A stretch of DNA of 32,000 nucleotides from NCBI GenBank assembly GCA_021498095.1, contig JAIZWK010000001.1, positions 1,020,001 to 1,052,000 of the forward strand, read 5' to 3'. The DNA is from Candidatus Harpocratesius repetitus. Lineage in GTDB: Archaea; Asgardarchaeota; Lokiarchaeia; Sigyniarchaeales; Promethearchaeaceae. A program made the position numbers and the translations under genes. Position 1 is the first letter of the stretch. Each line of letters opens with the position of its first letter. This document shows positions 1 through 9,257 of the stretch, in pieces. A model generated the notes under the pieces. The model did not search any database and had not been told where the DNA came from. It saw only the letters and a list, made by a program, of their open reading frames with translations.

Positions 1-2753
1 TCTATGAATTTTTCTATGATGATGCTGTAAAAGTTTCAAAACTGCTTGGGTTAACCCTTACTAAACGGGGAAGCGGACCAAGTCGACATCCACTTGCTGG
101 CATTCCACATAAAGCTACTCAACATTTTAAAAATTTAGTAAAACAAGGTCAAACGGTTATTATTGTTGAACAATTAGAAGATCCCAAAAAAGCCACAGGA
201 AAAATCGTGAAAAGGGGTGTTGTACGAATTTTAAGTCCTGGAACCATCGTAGATAATCTTCTTTTAGATAGCGACACTCCCAATTTTATCTGTGCGATTC
301 ATCGAAGAAAACGAAATTATGGAGTGGCTTTACTCGATCTTTCCAGTGGTGACTTTTACACATCTGAATTTTATGGTAAACTGGCTTCTCGGGTAATGTG
401 GGCATGGATTAATCGATTTTCACCGGTAGAATGTGTTGTTTCTGATGAACTAGCAGGAGATTTTTCCTTTATGGAAGAATTTAATAAGAATTCTACCATG
501 ATTCTTAAGCAACATCCTTCTTATCATTTTCTTGAAGAAAATGCTTATGAATTGCTTCGAAAACAATTTCATGTGGAGAATTTAGCTGCGTATGATCTTG
601 AAGATAAACCACTTTCAATGACCGTTTGCGGCGCCTTACTCTCGTTTGTTCAAGAAACACAAAAAGAAGAAACATTAGCAAATATCTGCCGTGTGAAATA
701 TTATATCGACACAGATTTTATGTTTATCGATCAAACCAGCCAAAAAAATCTGGAATTAATCAAGAATCAAACAGATGGAGGTACTTATGGAACTATTTTT
801 GATATTTTGAATCGTACAAAGACTCCTATGGGCACACGTTTATTAAGACAGTGGATTGTTCAACCGTTATTATCGAAAAATGAAATTGATAAAAGACTAG
901 AAACGGTAGCGTTCTTTCTTTCAAATTATGATCTTTTTCAAGAATTTCGAAGTTATCTTAAGGAGATTGGTGATATCAGTCGGCTCATCTCACGAATTAA
1001 TTATTCAAGCACAGTTAATGCTCGAAATTTGCTAAGTCTTGCTCAAGGTCTTAAGACTATTCAAGAAATCCAAAATCTTCTGTCTTCAGTTGAAAATCCC
1101 GAAATAAAGCGATTAGTATCCAAACTTTCTGATTTTTCTTCGATTATTTCATTGGTTGAATCTTCAATCCATCCGAATCCACCAACAACTATTACTGAAG
1201 GTCAGATAATTCGGGATGGATACAACTCACAAGTTGATGAATACAGAGATATCCTACATAACGGTAAACAATGGGTTATCTCATTTGAAGAAGCTGAAAA
1301 ACGCAAGTTAAATCTTAGTACAGGATTGAAAATTGGATATAATCGCGTATTAGGATATTTTGTTCAAATCACAAATAATGCTCTAAAAGGTATTTCGCTT
1401 CCTCAAGAATATGTTCAACGTCAATCACTTAAATCATGCGTAAGATATGAAACTCCTCGATTAAAGGAAATGGAGATGAAAATTCTCTCTGCAGAAGAAA
1501 ATCTTATGGATTTGGAGTATGAAATATTTCAGCAAACACGTGAACATGTTATTCAATTTACTAAACAGATTCAAGAGAATGCCGAGGTTATCGCAATTTT
1601 AGATGTATTAAGTACTTTTGCAGATGTAGCTTTGACTTACAATTATAATCGCCCCATTCTAACCAACTCAGATAAGATCTTGATTAAACAAGGACGTCAT
1701 CCTGTAATTGAATATGTTAATAAGAAAGAACGCTTTGTTCCCAATGATCTTCTTCTTAATTCCGATTCGGAGCAAATACTAATTATTACGGGCCCAAATT
1801 GGAGTGGAAAATCTACATATCTACGACAAACGGCTTTGATTATAATTCTTGCTCAAATTGGTTGTTATATTCCAGCAGAGGCCGCTGAAATTGGCATTGT
1901 TGACCGTATTTTTACCCGTATTGGTGCATCTGATGATCTCACAAGGGGACAAAGCACCTTTATGTTAGAAATGAATGAAATGGCTCAAATTCTCAATTAT
2001 GCCACTAAAAATAGTTTAGTAATTATTGATGAACTCGGACGTGGAACAGGTACGGTTGATGGACAGTCAATTGCACAAGCCGTGATTGAGTACCTGCATG
2101 ATAATCATATTAAAACACTGTTTTCAACCCATTTTCATCAATTAATTAATCTGCAGCTTCCACGTATTCATAATTATCATTTTCGTATTTTGGAAAAGCC
2201 GGAATCTCATGAGCTGGTCTTTTTACGACAGCTTACGCATGGAGGAACGGATAAAAGTTATGGTATACACGTAGCAATGATGGCAGGTTTACCTACATCG
2301 GTAACTGACCGCGCATTTGAATTAATGGAACGATCTTTACAGGAAGAACTAATAGAAAAGAATAAGATAATTGATGAACAATCCAATAAGAAAAAAGAAT
2401 ATCAAAAGAATATTGCGTATAATGTAAAGGATAAGGATTATTTGGAGATTAAACCATCTTCTCAATCTCAAATTATGAAAAATAAGGTTTCAATTTCAAA
2501 TAATACTGTTGTTTCTGGTTCTCATGAATCTATTCTTTCCTCGACTTCAAAAAATAGTCGAAATGCTGTTAAACCAATTTCATCTCGAAAAGTTAAGCAA
2601 ATGACATTATTTCCCACACGAAAAGTTGACGATTCTGAATTGGTTATCATGCTACGTTCCTTGGATTTAAATCATATGACCCCGATTGAAGCCTTTGAAA
2701 CCCTAATCAAATTGAAAAAGAAACTTTCATCACTTCAATCTCTTGAAAAATAA
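1..2753 (+). CDS. mutS: DNA mismatch repair protein MutS (MutS1 type), 5'-truncated by the window edge
   Basis: The frame is open from base 3 (YEFFYDDAVKVSKLLGLTLTKRG..HPLAGIP..VEQLEDP = domain I with the F-Y-E mismatch motif), so the GTG at 207 is not the start. Walker A GPNWSGKST, DRIFTRIGASDDL, STFMLEM, Walker B IIDELGRGT, FSTHFH, SYGIHVA and the C-terminal LDLNHMTPIEA oligomerisation motif are all present. Confidence 0.97.
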   Translation, partial: YEFFYDDAVKVSKLLGLTLTKRGSGPSRHPLAGIPHKATQHFKNLVKQGQTVIIVEQLEDPKKATGKIVKRGVVRILSPGTIVDNLLLDSDTPNFICAIHRRKRNYGVALLDLSSGDFYTSEFYGKLASRVMWAWINRFSPVECVVSDELAGDFSFMEEFNKNSTMILKQHPSYHFLEENAYELLRKQFHVENLAAYDLEDKPLSMTVCGALLSFVQETQKEETLANICRVKYYIDTDFMFIDQTSQKNLELIKNQTDGGTYGTIFDILNRTKTPMGTRLLRQWIVQPLLSKNEIDKRLETVAFFLSNYDLFQEFRSYLKEIGDISRLISRINYSSTVNARNLLSLAQGLKTIQEIQNLLSSVENPEIKRLVSKLSDFSSIISLVESSIHPNPPTTITEGQIIRDGYNSQVDEYRDILHNGKQWVISFEEAEKRKLNLSTGLKIGYNRVLGYFVQITNNALKGISLPQEYVQRQSLKSCVRYETPRLKEMEMKILSAEENLMDLEYEIFQQTREHVIQFTKQIQENAEVIAILDVLSTFADVALTYNYNRPILTNSDKILIKQGRHPVIEYVNKKERFVPNDLLLNSDSEQILIITGPNWSGKSTYLRQTALIIILAQIGCYIPAEAAEIGIVDRIFTRIGASDDLTRGQSTFMLEMNEMAQILNYATKNSLVIIDELGRGTGTVDGQSIAQAVIEYLHDNHIKTLFSTHFHQLINLQLPRIHNYHFRILEKPESHELVFLRQLTHGGTDKSYGIHVAMMAGLPTSVTDRAFELMERSLQEELIEKNKIIDEQSNKKKEYQKNIAYNVKDKDYLEIKPSSQSQIMKNKVSISNNTVVSGSHESILSSTSKNSRNAVKPISSRKVKQMTLFPTRKVDDSELVIMLRSLDLNHMTPIEAFETLIKLKKKLSSLQSLEK

Positions 2754-2893
2754 TTCCTTCCCAAGTGATACAATTTAATGGAATTGAAATTAAATAGATT
2801 TAAATCCTTTTTATTTAACATAATGTATATTGATCATATCTACCGATCATATCGTTCTTTTTATTTTAAAATTCAATTTGGTGCCAAAATTAC

Positions 2894-4051
2894 ATGGTAA
2901 CAACCGAAAATAGAAAAACTGAAGCAAAAAAATCCATTCTCTTTTCCTTGCCTGAATTAAACTCCAAAATTCTGAAATCACATGAACTGAAGGAAAACAC
3001 GCCTAATTTGTTAAAGCAGAAAATTCCCGAATTGCAGGAAACATTAGAATGCGCTTTAAATCTGTTTTCTCAATTAGATCTTGCTGGAGCGGCCAAAAAT
3101 TTTCGCAAATTAGCGACAGATCTGAAGTTTATCCAAGGTATGTGCTCCACTGAAGGAAATATGCATCCCCGAAATACATTGAATGATTTAACTGGAAAAC
3201 AGTGGTTGCAACATACTAAAAGTTGGTTGATCGTCGATGGACGCCCTAAAGATATGGCTTATGAAATTAAAAATCATCCTGCAAGTTATCCTCCAGCTTT
3301 AGCGGCTCATTTTATTGAATTTTTTACTAAAAAAGGACAGTGGGTTTTTGATCCATTTATGGGAATTGGAAGTACTGCAGAAGCCTGCATTATGACCCAA
3401 CGCAATTGTTATGGCACCGAATTGAATCCCGATTATGCAAACTATACAAAAGAAAGAGTTAATCGACTGAAAAATAATTCTAATTCTTTAGAACCGAGTA
3501 ATAAATTAACATCTGGTTATTCAAATGCTAAATATGATCATTTCTCTTCTAAATGTATAATACAACCTGGTGATGCTAAGAAAGCAGTTAAATATTGGAG
3601 AGATGCCAATCTACCGCTCATGGATTTTCTAATAACATCTCCTCCCTATTGGAATATGCTTCACACAACCCGTGGTGGGGTTAAATCTGCGCTGAAGCAG
3701 CGCGTTGAGAAGGGATTGGATGAAGTATATAGTGAAAATGAAGCTGATTTGGGAAATATTTTTGACTTAACCGAATATCTTGATAAAATCCAAGATTATT
3801 TTCGTCTTTTTAAACCAATGCTAAGATCCGGGGCATATTTAATGGTAATTGTTCAAAATTGTCGACCTAAAGATGGTATCATGGTTCCTCTGGCATGGAA
3901 AATTGCAGATCGGTTAAAAGATGAATATATTTTACGGCAGGAATTTATTTGGTGTCAAGATCAAAAGTTTCTAGGTATTTGGGGGTATCCCACAACCTAT
4001 GTGAGCAATGTACATCACCATTATTGCCTGGTTTTTCAAAACAAAAATTAA
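2894..4051 (+). CDS. Orphan amino-DNA methyltransferase (N4-cytosine/N6-adenine family); SPPY suggests m4C
   Basis: HPASYP (motif X), VFDPFMGIGST (SAM-binding motif I) and ITSPPYW (catalytic motif IV). The order X-I...IV is permuted relative to beta-class enzymes. No endonuclease gene is adjacent. Confidence 0.85.
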   Translation: MVTTENRKTEAKKSILFSLPELNSKILKSHELKENTPNLLKQKIPELQETLECALNLFSQLDLAGAAKNFRKLATDLKFIQGMCSTEGNMHPRNTLNDLTGKQWLQHTKSWLIVDGRPKDMAYEIKNHPASYPPALAAHFIEFFTKKGQWVFDPFMGIGSTAEACIMTQRNCYGTELNPDYANYTKERVNRLKNNSNSLEPSNKLTSGYSNAKYDHFSSKCIIQPGDAKKAVKYWRDANLPLMDFLITSPPYWNMLHTTRGGVKSALKQRVEKGLDEVYSENEADLGNIFDLTEYLDKIQDYFRLFKPMLRSGAYLMVIVQNCRPKDGIMVPLAWKIADRLKDEYILRQEFIWCQDQKFLGIWGYPTTYVSNVHHHYCLVFQNKN

Positions 4052-4152
4052 GTATTTGTGAGTTTTCTAGGAATAAATGGCAATGAAATTTTGAAAACTT
4101 GGCAATGAATTAAAGCCAATTATCAGTTTTTCATCCCCCTAACTTTGATAAA

Positions 4153-4162
4153 TTTTTTTTTT
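4153..4162 (+). terminator. Possible archaeal oligo(T) terminator after the methyltransferase
   Basis: T10 run about 100 nt after the stop codon. Confidence 0.3.
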
Positions 4163-4165
4163 ATT

Positions 4166-4421
4166 TGGATTTATAGAAAATTTATAGAAGAGTGGAAAAA
4201 AAGACTATTAAATAAAAGTACCTTATTCAATTATATTTGAATTTTCTAATAATAATTCTTCAGATACAGATCCTTCTTTATTTAAAGAAGAATTAATTGA
4301 GAAAATTGCCGAAATTGTTCAACTTTATGAAGATTTAGAAAAAGATTTGGATGATATTTTTCTAAAAATTAGAGATATAGCGAAAGGATCATTGAGTTAT
4401 TTATTAACATTAACAATGTAA
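4166..4421 (+). pseudogene. Possible gene remnant with no start codon and one frameshift
   Basis: WIYRKFIEEWKKRLLNK joins through a 1-nt shift in an A-run near 4215 to VPYSIIFEFS..LFKEELIEKIAEIVQLYEDLEKDLDDIFLKIRDIAK..TM* (frame open 4212-4421). The composition is protein-like and helical; no family recognised. Confidence 0.3.
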
Positions 4422-4575
4422 TTGGTTTTTTATGCCTTTTCTGAGCTTGAAATCATGATAAAACCCGATTTCTTGTTCAAATTCTTTGATACACTTTCAA
4501 TCTCATTTCATTGGAGAAACACATAATTATTTTAAGAGACAAAGGGAATAATTTAAAAGCTAAACTTTCTTACCC

Positions 4576-5886
4576 TTGGATATGTCTACAAATCTTAGGG
4601 GAAATCCATCGGTTGCCACCGATATTGGAAAAATTACTCCCGATCTAATTAATCCGCAGTTATTTTTAGATATTGTGAAAGTGATAGATCCTGTGATTTC
4701 CCAAAAATTGCCTCAGAAACGAAGTGGATTTTCCTACACCATCTTCGTTTTATTTGCATGTTGTATGCAAATTTTAAGACTTTCACCACATCATACAGCT
4801 GAAATTTTACAAGAAAAGTGTTTTCATGCCCAAATTTCATTTCAATCCTACTCAATTACAAATTTTTCAAATGGAAAACAACGAAGATATTTCCCTGATC
4901 AACCCGCTTTTTCCCGTTGTCTTCAAACACTATCAAAGTTGGATTTAGTTGAAGAATTTTGGAATTCTGTACTTTTGGCACATATATTAATTCTCAAATC
5001 TCTGAAAATTGTAGGTTCAGATCTAAAGTTAATAGCAGATTATACTGATACACCTTGCAAGAAAAATGAAAACGATCCATATTGTTTCGGAAAAAAAGAA
5101 GGCAAAACAGTTCATCGAACGCTTAGTTTTTCAGTTATTTCAGGTGATTTTCATCAAATGATTGCCAATTTCAAGATTAAAAAGCGTCAAGATAAACTCC
5201 CTCTGTTTCACAATGTCCATCAGATTCTAGTTTCTAACGGCTTTTCTATAAAATATGCTATGCTTGACCGAGGGTTTTATCGTAAAAGAATACTAAAGTT
5301 CTTTCAGCAGAAGCACATAACCGTGATTATGCCTGGAAGAAAATGTGCGCAGACAAAACAAAAAATCATGAACTACTTAAATGGAGTAGGTAAAAGATAC
5401 TGTAAAGGTATGATTAAGGGTAAATACGTAAAAAAGAAAGGATTTTCACCTATTAAATTCGATCTTTTGCTTGTTGCTAAACGCAGATTTAATTTAAAAG
5501 AAATCATTCAAGATTTTAATCAAAAGAAGATCAGTGAACAAACCGCCAGCAGCCGTATTTTTCTCCTAATTGTTATGTTCAGCTCAAAATCTGGCATAAA
5601 AACCCTACACGGCAATGAAAATTATATTCGAGATCTCTATCGCCAAAGATGGTTAATAGAAATCGCATTTCGTGAAATGAATCGGTTAGGTATCGCACAA
5701 AAGGTGTAAGATCGCAATATCCGACTGAATATTATGGGAATACGATGCTTTTTGTACAATATATGGCAGACACAACGATTTCTGATAAAAAGAAACGATC
5801 CTACCGCAAAAGAGTTAGAATTGAATGAATTTCTTGGAATGTGCTCAAATCATCGGTATCCATTATATTTATCATCCATGAGTTGA
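4576..5886 (+). mobile_element. ISH3-like (IS4-superfamily DDE) insertion sequence; transposase interrupted by an in-frame TAA at 5707-5709; element ends not determined
   Basis: DDE triad LIADYTD / MLDRGFY / YRQRWLIEIAFR (Y2-R3-E6-R signature). Past the TAA the same frame continues DRNIRLNIMGIRCFLYNIWQ... to TGA at 5884-5886, matching the RL...LYNIW C-terminal block typical of ISH3 transposases. Confidence 0.8.
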
Positions 5887-6001
5887 AAGGAACAATATTA
5901 TAACAGATTAACGAATAGATTAATCTTATATAGAAGAAAAAGGATCAATTACATAGTGAATGTTATTAAAAAAATCAAAAAAAACATAAGTTTTAAAAAA
6001 T

Positions 6002-6018
6002 AGCTTCAGATAGAAGCT
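6002..6018. promoter_or_regulatory. Short inverted repeat AGCTTC-AGATA-GAAGCT upstream of dprA
   Basis: Perfect 6-bp inverted repeat about 40 nt upstream of the dprA ATG; could be an operator or an IS-end hairpin. Confidence 0.25.
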
Positions 6019-6054
6019 TTATAAAATGAAGAATAAATAGGTAATTGATAAAAA

Positions 6055-7044
6055 ATGCTCGTGGAATCTTTAAACGATTCTCAATTCAGAAATTTGGTTG
6101 ATTTTATTTATTTGCGCAGAATTTTAAAATTCTCACTAAAGGGATTAATAATTTTATTTAAAAATCCATCAATGGAAATTTCAAAATTTAAAGAATTCAA
6201 AGAAGATCGCATCAAGCATTTTCTTTTAATGGGTAAGCAAATTAAGCTAGATACAGATAAAGAACTCCAAAAATTGTTTAGTTTTGATTTTTCTGATGTA
6301 AATTATCGTAAAATCGAATATATGGTAAAATTTTGTATTAAACATAATATTTCTATAATCACTCCTAATTCCCAGAAAATCCCACTACTTTTTCAAGAAA
6401 TTCCTACAATACATAGAGATCTTATCTTTATCAAAGGAATTATTTTGGAGACTGATATTAAATCATATTCTATTTGTGGAACGCGAAATCCGAGCCAAGA
6501 TGCAATTGAAAAAACAAGAAGGATTGGAGCATTTTTTGCTGAAAAAGGTTTTACACTCATAAATGGTTTTGCAAAAGGTATTGATATTGAAAGTTTTAAA
6601 GGTGCTCAAACAAAGAAAGGACGATATATCGGAGTTTTAGCTTCAGGTGTTGAAAATGTATATCCTCCTGAAAATCAAAAGTATATTGATTCAGTAATAA
6701 ATCATGGGGCTTTGATATCTCAAAGATTAATAGATAGAAGAGTTAATCGGCAAGCTTTACAAATGCGAAATAGATTTTCTGCACAATTATCATTAGCAAG
6801 TATTTTCATTGAAGGAAATTATAAATCAGGAACAAAATGGCAGTTTAAATTTGCAAGAGAGGCGAATAAACCCGTTTTTTATTTAGAACCCAAAGATTGG
6901 AATCATGAAAATTCTTATATTCCAAGAATGATAAAGGAACAAGGTGGTTTTGAGATTAAAAATGATCTTTCAAATTTAAATAAAGTTCTTGAGATTTTAG
7001 AGAATGAATATAATCAAAAAAGGAGCAAAATTCTCCATGTATAA
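6055..7044 (+). CDS. dprA: DprA/SMF-family ssDNA-binding protein (Rossmann fold), no C-terminal winged helix
   Basis: SICGTRNPS, LINGFAKGID, IGVLASGVENVYPPEN, ALISQ, MRNRFSAQLS and EGNYKSGT..A....KPVF are the DprA motifs. Confidence 0.9.
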   Translation: MLVESLNDSQFRNLVDFIYLRRILKFSLKGLIILFKNPSMEISKFKEFKEDRIKHFLLMGKQIKLDTDKELQKLFSFDFSDVNYRKIEYMVKFCIKHNISIITPNSQKIPLLFQEIPTIHRDLIFIKGIILETDIKSYSICGTRNPSQDAIEKTRRIGAFFAEKGFTLINGFAKGIDIESFKGAQTKKGRYIGVLASGVENVYPPENQKYIDSVINHGALISQRLIDRRVNRQALQMRNRFSAQLSLASIFIEGNYKSGTKWQFKFAREANKPVFYLEPKDWNHENSYIPRMIKEQGGFEIKNDLSNLNKVLEILENEYNQKRSKILHV

Positions 7045-7771
7045 TAATTCTATAAAATTTGATTATGGAAAATTTCAATTTCAACCTATAAACTCTGCTA
7101 CTAATTTAAATTTTATTAGACCAATAGCCATTGGCAGATTTTTCCTAGATAATAAACCGCAATTAGAAGATTTGAATAAAGAAATCTATGTCTATAATCT
7201 TCTTCAAAATAATTATTTAGATTTTATTCAAGAAAATGAATTTGATCAAATATATTGCTTGGGACCATACTACCCTTACAAAAAATGGAAAAGCAATAAC
7301 AAAAAAAAATCTGATTGGCCTAATTTTTCATCAATATTATTGAATACTAAAACTAAAAAAATGATAGATAATTCATGGCATAATCGAAATGGTAGAATTG
7401 AGCAATTAAGAATTCTATCTAATTTTTTTGGTCATTTTATAAAAAAAGCCAATATTTCATTACATGGAACTATTATTTCAGTTCCAGCAAAACCAAGTTA
7501 TCCTTTTAATTCTGTTGAATTTATTTCCAATGAGTTTTCTAAAGTATTTTCATTACCACAGAAAGAGATATTAATTCGAATATCAGACACTAACAAAGAA
7601 TTTTACCTAAAACAAGATAGTGAGACTATTCCATCTGAAGTTATTTTAGTTGATGATTTATTTACTAATGGAGAGACTAAGAGAAAGATATGTGAATTAT
7701 TAAGAAAAAATGGTGCAAATAAAATAATTATTATTTGTCTTGGTAAAACAGACTACTATTTTTATTACTAA
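7037..7771 (+). CDS. Type I phosphoribosyltransferase (ComF-like PRTase domain, no Zn ribbon)
   Basis: PRPP loop VILVDDLFTNGET..ICELLRKNGANKIIIICLGKT and a ComF-like IISVP...PFN segment. The likely start is ATG 7037 (AGGAG at 7021-7025, ATGTATAA overlap with the dprA stop) rather than 7004. Confidence 0.8.
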   Translation: MYNNSIKFDYGKFQFQPINSATNLNFIRPIAIGRFFLDNKPQLEDLNKEIYVYNLLQNNYLDFIQENEFDQIYCLGPYYPYKKWKSNNKKKSDWPNFSSILLNTKTKKMIDNSWHNRNGRIEQLRILSNFFGHFIKKANISLHGTIISVPAKPSYPFNSVEFISNEFSKVFSLPQKEILIRISDTNKEFYLKQDSETIPSEVILVDDLFTNGETKRKICELLRKNGANKIIIICLGKTDYYFYY

Positions 7772-7789
7772 TTACATATCTTTTTGCTT

Positions 7790-8196
7790 ATGAATACATA
7801 AATGTCACATCTGAGATGATTTTCTAAATTGGGTAGATATTCAAGAGCATATCTCAAAATATATTATTTTATATTCCTTTAGATTCTCTTTAAATTAAAG
7901 AAGAAGATAAAAAAGATAAAATCGCTAAGTTCATTTTTTCAAATGAAGAGCATGAGATTTTAACGAAAAATCTTCCATTCATCATGCATCTTGATAAAGC
8001 AGATCGATCGATCCTGATTGCTACACGAAATAACAAGAGAATTATTCTCTCTGATGATGGGGGATTAATCTTAGAAACCTATGCCCAAAAATTAAAAGCC
8101 TATTTATTTCCCCAATTTCTATTGAATTTAGTCAAACATCTCAAAAAAAAAACTACTGGAAAAAGATATTACAATGGTTATGATATAATTTTCTAA
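7790..8196 (+). pseudogene. Degraded PIN-domain (VapC/DUF3368-like) gene
   Basis: LDKADRSILIA...IILSDD..L resembles the C-terminal acidic motifs of PIN domains. The frame extends upstream of ATG 7984 (IKEEDKKDKIAKFIFSNEEHEILTKNLPF) to an in-frame TAA at 7891-7893. No N-terminal PIN Asp motif was found. Confidence 0.4.
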
Positions 8197-8688
8197 AAAT
8201 AACTTTAGAATTGTTCCCACAGAAACAAGAAAAGAACAAAAAATAATTGAATAAATTGCCGGAATTTCAATTATTGGTGTTTTTATAATACCTGGATTCG
8301 ATAAAAGATATAGTTGGTCTTCGGTTCCTTTATGGTTAGCATTTTCTGCTGATATAATTTTCTTGATAGGATATTTTCTCTTCTTTATAGTTTTAAAAGA
8401 AAATAGTTTTGCAGGAAAGACTGTAAAAATAGATAAAGAAAGACAAAGAGTAATTACAACGGGACCTTATTCTCACGTAAGACATCCAATGTATTCCGCG
8501 ATAATTCTTATGTTTGTAATGGCTCCAATTGCTCTTGGATCTTTTTGGGCTCTAATTTTTTCTGCAATCTTGATTTTAACTATATTCTACCGCATTAAAG
8601 ATGAAGAGAAAATGTTGATTGAGGAATTGGAAGGTTAAAAAAATGTATGGAACATATAAAATATCGACAAATTCCAAAGATTTGGTAA
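8189..8688 (+). pseudogene. Isoprenylcysteine carboxyl methyltransferase (ICMT/Ste14) family pseudogene
   Basis: ETRKEQKIIE*IAG..FIIPGFDKRYSWSSVP..VITTGPYSHVRHPMY..EEKMLIEELEG. There is an in-frame TAA at 8252-8254. A 1-nt frameshift near 8637 gives a premature TAA, and the expected tail (CMEHIKYRQIPKIW*) lies in the shifted frame to 8688. The N-terminus is missing. Confidence 0.8.
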
Positions 8689-8993
8689 AAAAATTGAATA
8701 TATGATAAATATAAAATAAAACAAAGAAAAATGAAAAAACTGAGAAAAAAAAAGGTAATGAAATCTTCCCTTTTCTTTGGTTTATTACACACAATAGAGA
8801 TCAATTATTCAACTGTTATTATTATACAACTATTATTCAAAAGCTGCATTTTTCTAAATAAGTAAAAAAAAATTAGCCTTAACAATCGCACATGCAATAA
8901 TAAAGAAATGACAGATTACAATAATAACTAAATATATCCTTTTAAAATTTTTTAAATACTTACAATTTATTATATTTTATAGTGAAATAAAAG

Positions 8994-9257
8994 ATGTTAA
9001 AAAAAGTTATACATACAGAATTGGATTTAGTTATTGCATACAGGTTTGACCTTATAAAATCTCAGCTTGGTTTAAAAAATGATGGTGAGGTTATTCGGTT
9101 TTTAATTTCAGATTTTTTCAATCGCAAAATTAAGCGTGAATATGAACGAAATAAAATTCTTGCTAAAAAAGAATATGATAACGAAATTGGATCTATGCTT
9201 ACAGAATTCATAGATAAATATGGTGACCAATGGCGCCGACTTGGTGAAGAAAAGTGA
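8994..9257 (+). CDS. Putative antitoxin of the Doc module
   Basis: 87 aa; GTGA overlap with the Doc gene; N-terminal RHH-like segment (LGLKNDGEVIRFLI) and a C-terminal KYGDQWRRLGE reminiscent of Doc-neutralising tails. Confidence 0.65.
   Translation: MLKKVIHTELDLVIAYRFDLIKSQLGLKNDGEVIRFLISDFFNRKIKREYERNKILAKKEYDNEIGSMLTEFIDKYGDQWRRLGEEK

Noticed and set aside
207-209. GTG 207 as the mutS start (also the track starts at 7004, 12088, 26338 and 29993)
   Set aside because: The mutS frame and domain I continue to the window edge. For the others, downstream ATGs fit better, with SD and overlap support at 7037 and 26302.
4078-4119. TGGCAATGAA direct repeat (2 copies)
   Set aside because: Only two short copies with no spacer array; not CRISPR-like and no functional context.
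4258-6012. CTTCAGATA 9-bp direct repeat (4258-4266, 6004-6012) as a target-site duplication of the IS
   Set aside because: The sequences just inside the repeats are not inverted repeats of each other, and a 9-mer match is plausible by chance in AT-rich DNA.
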